Counted from the first letter of the stretch, positions 40,645 to 50,696 are shown. The stretch is DNA of 64,000 bases from Nanobdellota archaeon (GCA_018816705.1 JAHIVG010000079.1:8064-72063); one strand, 5' to 3'. Numbers and translations: made by a program. Notes: generated by a model not told the origin, from the sequence alone.

Positions 40645-41584
40645 TTTTCTCGAGGTACCAACGCAGTATCCCTGCGTTCTGCAGCCATGTGTTGATTATG
40701 TCGAACAGCAGCCCGACGAAGAGTATGATGAATATCTGCCTGAGCACAGTGGACTGGCTGAAGATGAGCCCGATGGATATCGCCACCAGGGAAGTGATGG
40801 ACATGGTGAGACCTGTCTTCAACGCGCCGACGGTCCGGTCATACACCGTGCCTTCCTTGCGCCTCAGCACCCGCGTGGTAAGCAGTATGTCCGTGTCGAC
40901 AGAATATCCGATAAGCATGAGGAAAGCCGCTATGCCGGCAGTGGAGAGCTTGATGCCGAACAGTTGGGTGAAGGCGAAGGTACAGACGATATCTGAAAAC
41001 GCTGCAAGGATGACAAAAAGCGAGGGCACAAGATTGCGGAAGGTCACAAAGACGACGATGGCCATCAGCACGAAAGCGATGACTATGGCCAGGCCTGTCT
41101 CCTTGAAGAAGGAAGCTCCCAGTGCAGAGCCCATGACCTCGATGCTGTAATCGTCCTTGTTCAGCTCTCCCACTTTCTCCTGCGCAGCGCTGAAGAGAGT
41201 ATCCTCCTCGATGTCCGCGGCCTCTATTATGAAGCCGCCTGATATCTTCCTCATGGTGTAATCTGATCCAGGGAAGCGCTCCTTGAAGAAAGCCTCGACC
41301 TCATCGAAGCCTGTATCTGTCATGACCGTGAGGGATATGCCTCCCTTGAGGGAGATGTCCTTCTTGATCCATTCCCCTGTAACGAGGAAGTTGGCGACGA
41401 TTATCCCCCCTGATATGAAGAGGAGCGCCAGTGTGATTATCATGAGGTGCTTGTACTTGTGCTCATAGAGGTCACGGAAGAATCCGCGGGATACCCTCTT
41501 AGGCTCTGGGGCTGGCGCTGGCCCAGACTCTTCCTTGAGCTTCTGCCTCATCAGGAGCCTCTTCCTTCGCGAACGCTTGCCCAT
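40631..41584 (-). CDS. secF: Protein-export membrane protein SecF
   Basis: 317 aa with the SecF TM core. It overlaps secD by 14 nt. Confidence 0.8.
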   Translation of the reverse strand: MGKRSRRKRLLMRQKLKEESGPAPAPEPKRVSRGFFRDLYEHKYKHLMIITLALLFISGGIIVANFLVTGEWIKKDISLKGGISLTVMTDTGFDEVEAFFKERFPGSDYTMRKISGGFIIEAADIEEDTLFSAAQEKVGELNKDDYSIEVMGSALGASFFKETGLAIVIAFVLMAIVVFVTFRNLVPSLFVILAAFSDIVCTFAFTQLFGIKLSTAGIAAFLMLIGYSVDTDILLTTRVLRRKEGTVYDRTVGALKTGLTMSITSLVAISIGLIFSQSTVLRQIFIILFVGLLFDIINTWLQNAGILRWYLEKNVKD

Positions 41585-41649
41585 TTATAAACACTGGAAA
41601 CTGAGGAGCTAGTCGGCCTTTAAAAATGTTGCGATGATATGATTTATAA

Positions 41650-42369
41650 ATGATGGTTACGGGTAAAAGGAACATGGTAGAAGAAGGTGACAGCGAGGCA
41701 GATGGCGCTGGAGATGAAGAGGAAGGCGAAGAGGAAGGTAAAAGGAAGCTGCCTCTCAGGATCATCCTCATACTGGCCTTGGTCATCATAGCAGCAATCA
41801 TCAAGGTCCCTGTCGTGACGGAAGAGACCTATACCATCTCCATCCCGGTGAACATAACCATGATGGCCGTCGAGCAGAGAGACATCGAGGTCAAGGACTG
41901 CTTCACAAGGAACTATTCCTGGTCTTATAGATGGGACGGATGGGACCAGGAGAAGGACAACAAGGTCTCACCCAGGTTCTGGCTGAAGAACGACCAGAAC
42001 ATGAGCGGGATGTTTGAGGTGCAGTTCGCGTTCATCGATGACAGCCTGTACAAGTACGAAAACTATGCCAACCGCGAAGTTACGACCATCCCATTCGGCC
42101 AAGCAGCCATGATAAGCGACCGGATCCTCATCAACGTGAACCCCAACGAGGAACGCCTGGTCACGATACCGACGACCAGGAGGCACAGCGACGGCATATA
42201 CTGGACGTACGCCGATGTCATGCCCCCAAACTATAACCTATGCATCCCCAGGCTGGAGAAGAGGAACCACACAGTCATGATAAACACCACCCAATATGTG
42301 TCAAGAGATGCCACAAACTCCAGCGTCAGCTGGGTCTACTGGTGGAAAAGGCTGACGCAGCCCGGATGA
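41650..42369 (+). CDS. Hypothetical single-pass membrane protein with an acidic N-terminus
   Basis: TM segment LRIILILALVIIAAIIKV followed by a Trp-rich extracellular domain. Confidence 0.35.
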   Translation: MMVTGKRNMVEEGDSEADGAGDEEEGEEEGKRKLPLRIILILALVIIAAIIKVPVVTEETYTISIPVNITMMAVEQRDIEVKDCFTRNYSWSYRWDGWDQEKDNKVSPRFWLKNDQNMSGMFEVQFAFIDDSLYKYENYANREVTTIPFGQAAMISDRILINVNPNEERLVTIPTTRRHSDGIYWTYADVMPPNYNLCIPRLEKRNHTVMINTTQYVSRDATNSSVSWVYWWKRLTQPG

Positions 42370-44050
42370 AGCCGTCATACAACGGATGGGACGACAGGGG
42401 CTTGGAAGTGAACTCCGGGTGGAACTGCGTACCGATGAAGAACGGATGGTCCTTCAGCTCAAGAATCTGCATTATCTGCTGGTCCGGGGCCTTGCCTGAG
42501 AACACAAGGCCATGCTTCTCCAACGTCTCGATATAAGGGGGATTGCACTCATACCTGTGCCTGAAGCGTTCCCTCACCGAAAGTCTCTTCCCGTAGAGCT
42601 CCCAGGCCCGGGTATCCTTGATTATCTCGACGTCGTGACCCCCTAGTCTCATGTTGCCGCCCAAAGACTTCAGGTCGGCCTGTCCGGGCAGGATGGCTAT
42701 CACAGGATGCTTGCAATCAGCTTCTACCTCAATGGTGTTCGCGCCCTCCAGACCGCATACGTTCCTGGCATACTCGACGACTGCCATCTGGAAACCCAGG
42801 CATAAGCCCAAGTAAGGCATCTTATTCTCCCTCGCATATCTTATGCAGCTGATCTTGCCCTCAGTGCCTCTCTTTCCGAAGCCACCAGGCACGATTATGC
42901 CTGAAAGGCCCTTCATGGCATCCTCTATAGGGATCTTATTGCTTTCTATGTCAGTGGTCTCGATCCACCTTATCTTGACCTTGGTCCTGCAATGTGCGCC
43001 GGCATGCTCTAAAGCCTTGATGATGCTGGCATAGCTGTCCCTGAGCCAAGTGTACTTGCCTGTTATGCCGATGGTTATCTCGCCCTCAGGGTTGAGGATG
43101 TTCTGCACCAGCTCCTCCCATCTCTTGATAGAGCCCTTCTTGATGCGGTGCTTGAGCCCGAGGATATCTATCACAGCCTCGTCCAGCTTGGCCTCTTTCA
43201 TTGAGAGCGGGATGAGGTAGATGCTCTTCACGTCATGGGAGCTGAAGACCCTGTTGAAAGGCACATTGGAGAAGACCGAGATCTTCTCCCTCACCTTCTC
43301 CGAGGCGGGATTCTCGCACCTGCACGCGATTATATGCGGCTGGATGCCGGCAGTAAGCAGGTTCTTGATGCCGAGCTGAGCGGCCTTGCTCTTCTGCTCG
43401 CCCAGGAAACCGGGCTCGAGTATATATGTCAAGGTGACGAAACAGACATTGTCAGGGCCCTCCTCATAGCTAAGCTCACGCATGGCCTCGAGATAGTAAG
43501 AGTTCTCGATGTCACCCACGGTGCCGCCGATCTCCACCAGCACGATATCCGCCTTCTTCCTCAATGCCAGGGATCTCAGGACGCGCTTGATCTCACCTGT
43601 CACGTGAGGCACGAACTGGACGTCCCTGCCGAGGTATTTTCCCTTGCGCTCCTTGTCGAGGATACGGGTGAACAGCCGTCCGGCTGTCATGAAATTATCT
43701 TTGCTCAAATCAAGGTTCAGGAAGCGCTCATAAGTGCCCAGGTCCATGTCGCATTCCAGGCCGTCATCTAAGACAAAAACCTCGCCGTGCCGGAAAGGGT
43801 TCAAAGTGCCGGAGTCGACGTTGAGGTAGCCCTCAAGCTTGATCGGGGCGATGGTGAGGCCCTTGGCCTGGAGAAGCTGGGCCAAGCTCGAGTTGAAGAT
43901 GCCCTTGCCCAATCCGGACATCACGGTGCCGGTGGTTATGATGTACTTTGTCTTCCCAGGGCTGTAACCTTCGGGTATATCGACAAAAAACTCGTGCTCA
44001 TCCGACTTCTTGGCTATCTTAGAGAATATACTCAAGCTCCCACCCCACAA
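42326..44050 (-). CDS. pyrG: CTP synthase
   Basis: N-terminal synthetase domain (KYIITTGTVMSGLGKG) and a C-terminal glutamine amidotransferase domain (GLCLGFQ, HPEF). The true start is probably downstream of 44050. Confidence 0.9.
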   Translation of the reverse strand: MWGGSLSIFSKIAKKSDEHEFFVDIPEGYSPGKTKYIITTGTVMSGLGKGIFNSSLAQLLQAKGLTIAPIKLEGYLNVDSGTLNPFRHGEVFVLDDGLECDMDLGTYERFLNLDLSKDNFMTAGRLFTRILDKERKGKYLGRDVQFVPHVTGEIKRVLRSLALRKKADIVLVEIGGTVGDIENSYYLEAMRELSYEEGPDNVCFVTLTYILEPGFLGEQKSKAAQLGIKNLLTAGIQPHIIACRCENPASEKVREKISVFSNVPFNRVFSSHDVKSIYLIPLSMKEAKLDEAVIDILGLKHRIKKGSIKRWEELVQNILNPEGEITIGITGKYTWLRDSYASIIKALEHAGAHCRTKVKIRWIETTDIESNKIPIEDAMKGLSGIIVPGGFGKRGTEGKISCIRYARENKMPYLGLCLGFQMAVVEYARNVCGLEGANTIEVEADCKHPVIAILPGQADLKSLGGNMRLGGHDVEIIKDTRAWELYGKRLSVRERFRHRYECNPPYIETLEKHGLVFSGKAPDQQIMQILELKDHPFFIGTQFHPEFTSKPLSSHPLYDGFIRAASAFSTSRPS

Positions 44051-44127
44051 GGAATACTAGTTGCATTAGAAAGGATTGAAGAGGGGGATATTTAAGCTTT
44101 ACGGAATCCGATAATATAAGGACCTAG

Positions 44128-44694
44128 TCAAAATATCGTCTGCAAGAGCCCTGAATAGACCTGAAAGCCGTCAAACAGCGGAATCGGAAGCATGTTGAAG
44201 ATGAAGAGGAACATGTTTATCCTCTTGGTCAGGATTACGTAATGCATGTGCTTGGCCGTCACGAGGTTCTTCCTCTCCACAAGGATCATGGCCAGCCAGA
44301 TGAGGAGGTTCACTGCAGGGCCGGCGAAAGCTATAATAGAGAATGCCAGCGGGGAGCCTACACCTCTTATCGTCACGTAAGCAGGCACGAAGAAGATGAA
44401 GCCGAAGTTCATGAGCTTGAGGATGGCTCCCAAACCGAGCCAGAGATAGGCTGCCTGGAAGGTGGCCTGCATGCCGTAGGCCGTGGCCACGAACTTATGG
44501 CCGAACTCGTGCAGGATGACAGCAGGAGCAGTCAGGGCGACAGCGTACCAGAAGTTCCCCTTCCGATAAGCGCCGTGCATCAAGGCCTTCAATGGGTCTG
44601 TGTATTGCCTGGGCCTGACGAACACGTCCTTGAAGATGAAGCCCAGGAACAGGCACATTATCGCGATGTCAATGATCTCGTACAGGCTGAGCAT
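44128..44694 (-). CDS. Membrane zinc metalloprotease, M50/site-2-protease-like
   Basis: HExxH as ILHEFGHK, and LFDG. Confidence 0.55.
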   Translation of the reverse strand: MLSLYEIIDIAIMCLFLGFIFKDVFVRPRQYTDPLKALMHGAYRKGNFWYAVALTAPAVILHEFGHKFVATAYGMQATFQAAYLWLGLGAILKLMNFGFIFFVPAYVTIRGVGSPLAFSIIAFAGPAVNLLIWLAMILVERKNLVTAKHMHYVILTKRINMFLFIFNMLPIPLFDGFQVYSGLLQTIF

Positions 44695-44751
44695 GGCTTG
44701 ATTCTAGCCTTGGGTGTATAAATAGTTTTTGATTGAATGATAAGAAGGAGC

Positions 44752-45213
44752 TTATTCCACTAATATCTCACTCATATTTATCTTAGCAGAATAACATGTA
44801 GGGGAACATCCCTTGCCATTAGGCTGGAACTTCCTATATGAGAGTGGATAGTCATCAAGCTCGTAAATAATTACTGATTCTTCGTCTTGGCAAGATTCTC
44901 TATTCTTGATGGTGAATGATAATCCTTTAGGTTTATCTTTGATATCAGAGCCGCCAAGATCAAATGAAATCAGGTTGTAATCAACAGTTCTGAGCACGTG
45001 AATGTTCTGGCTTTGTTGATCAGCACATCCGTCATAGCTACCCAAGCTTGAATCAATCATCAACTTCTCAGGCAATCTTTCAGGAAATAATATTGAAATC
45101 TGATCTGAGCAGCCTATATCAGTACACATTAGAGGCGGATCGAATGAATCACAGGCACTTAAAGAGATTGTTATAAAGAGTAAAATTGAGTAAAAAGTGA
45201 TCTTTCTTTTCAT
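44752..45213 (-). CDS. Hypothetical secreted/lipoprotein-like protein
   Basis: Signal with a lipobox-like LSAC; AT-rich and Cys-rich. Confidence 0.35.
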   Translation of the reverse strand: MKRKITFYSILLFITISLSACDSFDPPLMCTDIGCSDQISILFPERLPEKLMIDSSLGSYDGCADQQSQNIHVLRTVDYNLISFDLGGSDIKDKPKGLSFTIKNRESCQDEESVIIYELDDYPLSYRKFQPNGKGCSPTCYSAKINMSEILVE

Positions 45214-45311
45214 GTCTCTTTCCTCAGCGAATACTGAGACATATTTATTTATATAATTTTCCTATTAAGAGTGCCGCAAAACATAAAAACATCCCGGGAC
45301 TGCTCGGGTGC

Positions 45312-45662
45312 ATGACAGAACTCATCGCCTGCCTGTCGACCGGGAAAGGAACATGGGCAGAGGTATCCAAGCTGATAGCCGCAGAAGAATGGGATAACGT
45401 ATTCCTGATCACGAACGAGTTCGGCCAGCAGAAATTCAGCGCAAAGGCAGACTTTATACTCATAAGCGACAGGATGCCGATGAAGCAGCTCGTCAGCACC
45501 ATCCACAGCCAGCTGCAGAACAAGGTAAGAGGCACAGAAGTGGCCATCAACCTGAGCTCAGGCACAGGAAAGGAACACATGGCCATCCTCTCAGCGATAC
45601 TGAAGCTTGGGGTCGGGATAAGGCTGGTAGACATAGGGCTAAGAGGGGTCATCGAGGTCTGA
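45312..45662 (+). CDS. Hypothetical protein
   Basis: 116 aa with no recognised motif; codon usage is consistent with coding. Confidence 0.3.
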   Translation: MTELIACLSTGKGTWAEVSKLIAAEEWDNVFLITNEFGQQKFSAKADFILISDRMPMKQLVSTIHSQLQNKVRGTEVAINLSSGTGKEHMAILSAILKLGVGIRLVDIGLRGVIEV

Positions 45663-46236
45663 CGCTGAGATAGATACGATAGCCTGAACGCTTGGCGACT
45701 TCTTCCACATTCCCAAAATTCTCCTCCATCCTCTTCTTCAGGTCCTTGCCGCCTTTTTGATGGCGGGCCACGAGCTGGAAACTTCCTCCAGGATTGAGAT
45801 GGTCAATAGATTGGTCGATCATGCTGAAGCAGAGCTTCTTGCCAGCGCTCTGGGGTGGGTTGCAGAGTATGGCATCAAACCTGGGCAGGCCATTGTACAG
45901 ATCCCCCCACTTAACCGAGACATTCTTGACATGGTTCATCTTCGCATTCATCTTGGAGCACGCAATGGCTCGCCTGTTGATGTCAGTCAGGGTGAAGCCC
46001 AGCTTCGGATGATGCTTGGCCAGGGATATTCCTATAGCGCCGTAGCCGCAGCCTAGGTCCAGTATCAAGCCCTGTTCCGGCAGCACAGCCTTGTCGATCA
46101 GCAGGCTGCTGCCAGGGTCGACGCGCCTATGGGAGAATATTCCAGGTGCGACAATGAACTTCAGGCCAGGTAGCGTCCCTTGTATCTCAGAATACTTTAT
46201 CTTGCTGTCCTGGTGCTCAGAAAAATAGTGTGGCAT
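45649..46236 (-). CDS. Class I SAM-dependent methyltransferase (methyltransferase small domain, RsmC-like)
   Basis: LDLGCGYG and CNPPQ motifs. The likely start is MPHYF at 46236. Confidence 0.6.
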   Translation of the reverse strand: MPHYFSEHQDSKIKYSEIQGTLPGLKFIVAPGIFSHRRVDPGSSLLIDKAVLPEQGLILDLGCGYGAIGISLAKHHPKLGFTLTDINRRAIACSKMNAKMNHVKNVSVKWGDLYNGLPRFDAILCNPPQSAGKKLCFSMIDQSIDHLNPGGSFQLVARHQKGGKDLKKRMEENFGNVEEVAKRSGYRIYLSVRPR

Positions 46237-46240
46237 AGCG

Positions 46241-46462
46241 CTATTTCTTGAACTTGTACTCATAAACCTTTCGCTTCCCTGCCTTCTTGGACTCAAGCTT
46301 GGTGATCCTGAAAAGGACCTGCTTTGATTCGCGGAGGCGCTTGAGGGAGGTGGTCACAGAGCCGATAGAAGCCTTTAGTCCCTTGGCAATCTCCTTGGAG
46401 ATGAACCACTTCCTCTTGTTCTTCCGAAGATAGCTATAGACGTCCTGCTGTCCCATGGACAT
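46241..46462 (-). CDS. Small winged-helix DNA-binding protein
   Basis: 73 aa, basic, HTH-like. Confidence 0.45.
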   Translation of the reverse strand: MSMGQQDVYSYLRKNKRKWFISKEIAKGLKASIGSVTTSLKRLRESKQVLFRITKLESKKAGKRKVYEYKFKK

Positions 46463-46497
46463 TTATAAACAGTCAGGGGTAAATAAACCTTTCGTTT

Positions 46498-47193
46498 TTA
46501 AGGCTCCATCAGGCCGTAAATCACCAGCAGGAACCGGTCAGCAGCCCTTACCAGGTCCCATTCGTCGCCCTCGATTATAGCGCACTGGTCCTCGACAGTC
46601 ACACTGGGCTTGTCAGCGGTGCGCACATAGAAGACAGAGCCGTTGAGGTCACAGGAGCCTATTGCAACGCCTTCGCATGCAGGGTCGATGTCGCTGGTGC
46701 AGGCAGGCTTAGGCGCGATGAGGAAGACCTGGGCCAAAGTCACGCCTATCTCGGTAGAAGCGAGGGTGATGAAGCCCATCTTGGGGTCGTCAGGGTCGAA
46801 GGTGAAATAAAAATCTTCTGACTCACCGAAGGTGTTGTTTCTCCTTATCATCGGGACATCAATGACCTCCCTCGGGCCGTAGTGGAGCGGGATGCTGAAC
46901 AAGTTCTCCCCTTTCTTGATGGTCACGAACCAGGTGTTGCCGACGTTGACGAAGCTGTTGCCGTTCCATATATAGCCCTGTTCCTCGTCCAACTCACCCT
47001 GATAGTTCAGCTGGTGCAGCTCATCTAGGGTGAGGGGCCTTTCATCGTCCTTCGTCAACGAGAACAGCAAGAAGACAGACACGAAGACCGCCAAGACGAT
47101 CACGATGGAGATGGCGAGGTGTTTCCAGCTCCTTTTTTCTTGTAGCTTCTCTCTCTCTTCCAGTCCCTTTTCCTCAGGCTCCTCATTCTCCAT
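46498..47193 (-). CDS. Membrane-anchored hypothetical protein, paralog A
   Basis: Single N-terminal TM. The C-terminal domain is paralogous to 47183-47764 (VTVEDQCAIIEG / VTIDDDCIAISG). Confidence 0.45.
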   Translation of the reverse strand: MENEEPEEKGLEEREKLQEKRSWKHLAISIVIVLAVFVSVFLLFSLTKDDERPLTLDELHQLNYQGELDEEQGYIWNGNSFVNVGNTWFVTIKKGENLFSIPLHYGPREVIDVPMIRRNNTFGESEDFYFTFDPDDPKMGFITLASTEIGVTLAQVFLIAPKPACTSDIDPACEGVAIGSCDLNGSVFYVRTADKPSVTVEDQCAIIEGDEWDLVRAADRFLLVIYGLMEP

Positions 47194-47764
47194 CGAGGAT
47201 ACCTGCCAGGCTGTACATCAGCCTATCCTTTGCGAGAAGGAGGCCATCTTCAGAACCTGAGATGGCGATGCAGTCATCGTCGATGGTGACAGAACTCTCA
47301 TTGGAAGGCAGGAGCATGATGACAGGCACATATTCGGTGGCGTTGAGGCAGCTGATCACAGGAAGGTCATACCTATCGTCCTCCAGGGCGATCCCGGAAG
47401 CTACGAAGACTGAGAACAGCTCTGGCATCTCCTGGCTTAGCTCGAAGCGCACCAGGTCAAACACGGGATCCTCAGAAGGCTCGAAAGACACCAGGATCAT
47501 CCTTGAGCCAAATATCTTATCCTTGGCAGCAGTGTCAAAGGTGACGTTCTCAGCCAGCTCAGGGGTATGGTAGAACCTGAACTGCTTACCATCTATGCTG
47601 GTGTAAAATGCATCTTCCCTGGCAGTGAACTTGTATTTCCCATACTTGAAGTCCGAGCCCTCATCAGGAGCGAGGAACCCTGCCAGGCTAGTGACCATTA
47701 TGAACACCATGAACAGGGTCATATACAGGGCCATCCTTGATGATTTCTTGGTTTTCTTGACCAT
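47183..47764 (-). CDS. Membrane-anchored hypothetical protein, paralog B
   Basis: Single N-terminal TM; related to the neighbour; 11-nt overlap. Confidence 0.45.
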   Translation of the reverse strand: MVKKTKKSSRMALYMTLFMVFIMVTSLAGFLAPDEGSDFKYGKYKFTAREDAFYTSIDGKQFRFYHTPELAENVTFDTAAKDKIFGSRMILVSFEPSEDPVFDLVRFELSQEMPELFSVFVASGIALEDDRYDLPVISCLNATEYVPVIMLLPSNESSVTIDDDCIAISGSEDGLLLAKDRLMYSLAGILDGE

Positions 47765-47965
47765 ATCAACCAGGGGAGGTGAAGGGTTTATATATTTTTC
47801 TTCGGTAGTCTAGGTTCAAGAGCCTCGGCCCGCACAATACTCTTCAAGTGTATATGGCCCCTTTTACTGTCCTCCCGAGCCCCCACCCCCATACAGTCCG
47901 CCTCTGAGGCCGACAAGTTGAGGCAGTCGTGTCGAGCCTTCATCACTTGGCCGGCAAGAAAAACC

Positions 47966-48096
47966 GGCTTAGTAGAAAGTCTGGTTCTTTTTGATCCTTT
48001 ACCATAAGAACAGATAGTTATCTGTCTAATCTAACATAGACCTTAGTAATGGAAAGGATCAAAAAGAAATTTCCATTATCGACTTTTTACTAAGCC
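47966..48096. repeat. Inverted-repeat element, family Y, copy B
   Basis: ggcttagtagaaagtc-tggttctttttgatcc ... ggatcaaaaagaa-atttccattatc-gactttttactaagcc. The ~58-nt spacer contains the palindrome CAGATAgtTATCTG. Confidence 0.55.
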
Positions 48097-48121
48097 TGAA
48101 AAACCGAAACATACTCATTTC

Positions 48122-48227
48122 ATCCGTAGCTTCGATTTCTTGAAGAAATCGAAACATTTAAACAGCGAAAACCTGCGGTTTTTGGGTTTAAATGTCCCGA
48201 AAATGGAACATTTTCGAAACATTTAAA
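48122..48227. promoter_or_regulatory. Operator-like palindromes and direct repeats upstream of the wHTH regulator/ABC operon
   Basis: A perfect 21-bp palindrome TCGATTTCTTGAAGAAATCGA (48122-48142). The palindrome CGAAAATGgaaCATTTTCG (48198-48216). The direct repeat TCGAAACATTTAAA, twice. Confidence 0.45.
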
Positions 48228-48266
48228 TACTTCAAAATTCACTAAATTTATAAAATTGTAAAAATT

Positions 48267-48758
48267 GTGAAGATGGTAAAGATGCAGGCATTCGAAAAGG
48301 AATTCATCGACTTCTTCGTAGGTGTGTTCAGGGGCTTCGGCATGGACTCATTGAGCGCGAAACTGGTAGCCATACTATACATGGAGCCGGAAGAGGTCTC
48401 CATGGAGGATTTGGCGAAGAAGACCGGCTACTGCCTGGCCTCTGTCTCGAACAAGCTGCGCTTCCTGGAGAGCGTGGGGCAGATACAGCGCAGGAAACAC
48501 CCGGGCACCAAGAAGGTGTATTATTACATGCACAAGGACATAGCGAGGGTGCTGAAAGGGAAACTGGAGAAGAGCAGGCAGTCATGCATAGGGCCCATGA
48601 AAGAGGTCCTGCCCCGCATCATAGGGAAATACAGGAACGCGAAGATGGGCCCTAAGGAGAAGGCGAAGATGGCCATAATCAACGACTATTACCGGCAGGT
48701 CACCAAGATCGAGAAGATGATGGAGAAGATGATGGACTATCTGGAGAACCTATCATGA
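48267..48758 (+). CDS. Winged-helix transcriptional regulator (MarR/GbsR-like)
   Basis: HTH region MEDLAKKTGYCLASVSNKLRFLE; first gene of the ABC operon. Confidence 0.5.
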   Translation: MKMVKMQAFEKEFIDFFVGVFRGFGMDSLSAKLVAILYMEPEEVSMEDLAKKTGYCLASVSNKLRFLESVGQIQRRKHPGTKKVYYYMHKDIARVLKGKLEKSRQSCIGPMKEVLPRIIGKYRNAKMGPKEKAKMAIINDYYRQVTKIEKMMEKMMDYLENLS

Positions 48759-49441
48759 AAGGCCCAGTAATCGAGCTGCGGAATGTCTGGAAGACCTACA
48801 CCATGGGAGCGGTCAAGGTCAACGCCCTATGTGGGCTCAGCCTCCAGGTCTTCAAAGGGGAGTTCCTCGCGGTCATGGGGCCAAGCGGCTCCGGCAAGTC
48901 TACAGCAATGAACATGATCGGCGTCCTGGACATACCCACCAAGGGCACCGTCAGCCTGGAGGGCAAGAACATATCCGAGTACGGCGAGAGCAAGCTCGCC
49001 CAGATAAGGGGGAAGAAGATAGGCTTCATATTCCAGCAGTTCAACCTGATAAACACGCTCTCAGCCAAGGAGAACGTCATGCTGCCCATGATATTCCAGG
49101 GCACAAGCAAGGCAGTGAGGCAGAAGCGGGCAGAAGAGCTGCTCACCCTGGTCGAGCTGGGGGATAGGATGAACCACAAGCCCACAGAGCTCAGCGGCGG
49201 CCAGCAGCAGAGGGTCGCGATAGCGAGGTCATTGGTGAATGACCCGGAAGTCGTGCTCGCAGACGAGCCGACAGGCAACCTTGACTCAGCCACAGGGCAG
49301 AACGTGTTGGACTTCCTGAAAAAGCTCCATAAGGAAGAGAATAAGACAATAGTCATGGTCACCCACGACCCAGGCCTCGCGAAGAGGGCGCAGAGGGTCG
49401 AATATCTCATGGATGGCAAGATCACGAAGCGAGGTGGATAA
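48755..49441 (+). CDS. ABC transporter ATP-binding protein (MacB/LolD-type)
   Basis: GPSGSGKST, LSGGQQQRVAIARSL and VLADEPTGNLD. Confidence 0.9.
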   Translation: MKGPVIELRNVWKTYTMGAVKVNALCGLSLQVFKGEFLAVMGPSGSGKSTAMNMIGVLDIPTKGTVSLEGKNISEYGESKLAQIRGKKIGFIFQQFNLINTLSAKENVMLPMIFQGTSKAVRQKRAEELLTLVELGDRMNHKPTELSGGQQQRVAIARSLVNDPEVVLADEPTGNLDSATGQNVLDFLKKLHKEENKTIVMVTHDPGLAKRAQRVEYLMDGKITKRGG

Positions 49442-49442
49442 T

Positions 49443-50696
49443 ATGAAGACAACATGGATGATCGGAATTATGGCAATCTTGATGATACCAATAGTGCTGG
49501 CAGACGCACTTGACAACGACCTGGAAGCAGTCTTGCTGAACCAGGACCCTGACCCGGTGGAACCGAACCGGTACGTGGATGTCAGGTGGAGAGTGAACAA
49601 CCAGGGACTGAGCGAAGCGCGTAATATAGAGGTCGAGCTCGTCCCCCAATACCCTTTCACCATCGAGCGGGGGGATGATTCCATAAAGTCCATAGGGACG
49701 CTGCTGGCCAGGCAGATAGACGAGTACGGAGTGATCGTCAAGTTCAGGCTAAGAGTGGACGCGAACGCGGTGCACGGCACCAACCAGGTAAAGCTCCGCT
49801 ACAGGATAGACGGAAGCAGCTGGACAGACTTCGACGAATATGAGCTGAGCGTGAGGAGCCGCGACCCGATACTCTCGATAGAGGACGTCAAGATGATTCC
49901 GCAGAGCGTGGAGCCCGGAAGGATGGCGACAATCTCCTTCAAGCTGAACAACATGGCAGACGTCATGTTAAGGAACCTCAAGATCACCCTGGACATCAAG
50001 AGGAGGCTGACAACGGCGACATCGGTGACATACGAGGAGATGCCGATAACACCCCTAGACTCGACCAACGAAAAGATACTCAGAGATCTGCTCCCGGGAA
50101 AGGAATCCGAGATAACGTTCCAGTTCCTGGCAGACCCTGACGCCGACCCTGGTGTTTACAAGCTCCCAATAACCCTCACATACTCAGATGACTTCGGCAG
50201 GAACTACACCCGGAACTACTACACCAGCCTGATCATCAAGGGCGTACCCCAGATTGTCGTGCATCTCGACGACTCTGACGAGCTCGCGCCGGGCAAGAGA
50301 GGCACTGCAGTCGTGAAGTTCATCAACAAGGGCCTGCACGAGGTCAAGTTCCTCGATATCAAGGTGGAAGACGGCGAGGATTATGCACTACTCTCGGCCG
50401 GGGAGGTATACATCGGCAACATAGACTCGGATGATTATGAGACCCTCGAGCTAGACCTCTACGTCAAGCAAGGTGCAGAGAAGATCACAGTACCGTTGTC
50501 ACTGACCTTCAACGACGGGAACAACCAGCAGTACGAGATGAGCAAGGACATAGAGATAAGCCTGTACAGCGACGAGGAGATGAAGGACCTCGGACTGCAG
50601 GAGAAGAGCAACGGAGCAGGCCTGATCATAGTGATAGTGGTCGTGGTGATAGGTATCGTGATCTACTTGCTCATCAGGCGCAGAAAGAAATCATGA
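49443..50696 (+). CDS. Secreted surface protein with a C-terminal TM anchor (COG1361/S-layer-domain-like)
   Basis: N-terminal signal (MKTTWMIGIMAILMIPIVLA), repeated beta-rich domains, and a C-terminal TM + RRRKKS. Confidence 0.5.
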   Translation: MKTTWMIGIMAILMIPIVLADALDNDLEAVLLNQDPDPVEPNRYVDVRWRVNNQGLSEARNIEVELVPQYPFTIERGDDSIKSIGTLLARQIDEYGVIVKFRLRVDANAVHGTNQVKLRYRIDGSSWTDFDEYELSVRSRDPILSIEDVKMIPQSVEPGRMATISFKLNNMADVMLRNLKITLDIKRRLTTATSVTYEEMPITPLDSTNEKILRDLLPGKESEITFQFLADPDADPGVYKLPITLTYSDDFGRNYTRNYYTSLIIKGVPQIVVHLDDSDELAPGKRGTAVVKFINKGLHEVKFLDIKVEDGEDYALLSAGEVYIGNIDSDDYETLELDLYVKQGAEKITVPLSLTFNDGNNQQYEMSKDIEISLYSDEEMKDLGLQEKSNGAGLIIVIVVVVIGIVIYLLIRRRKKS

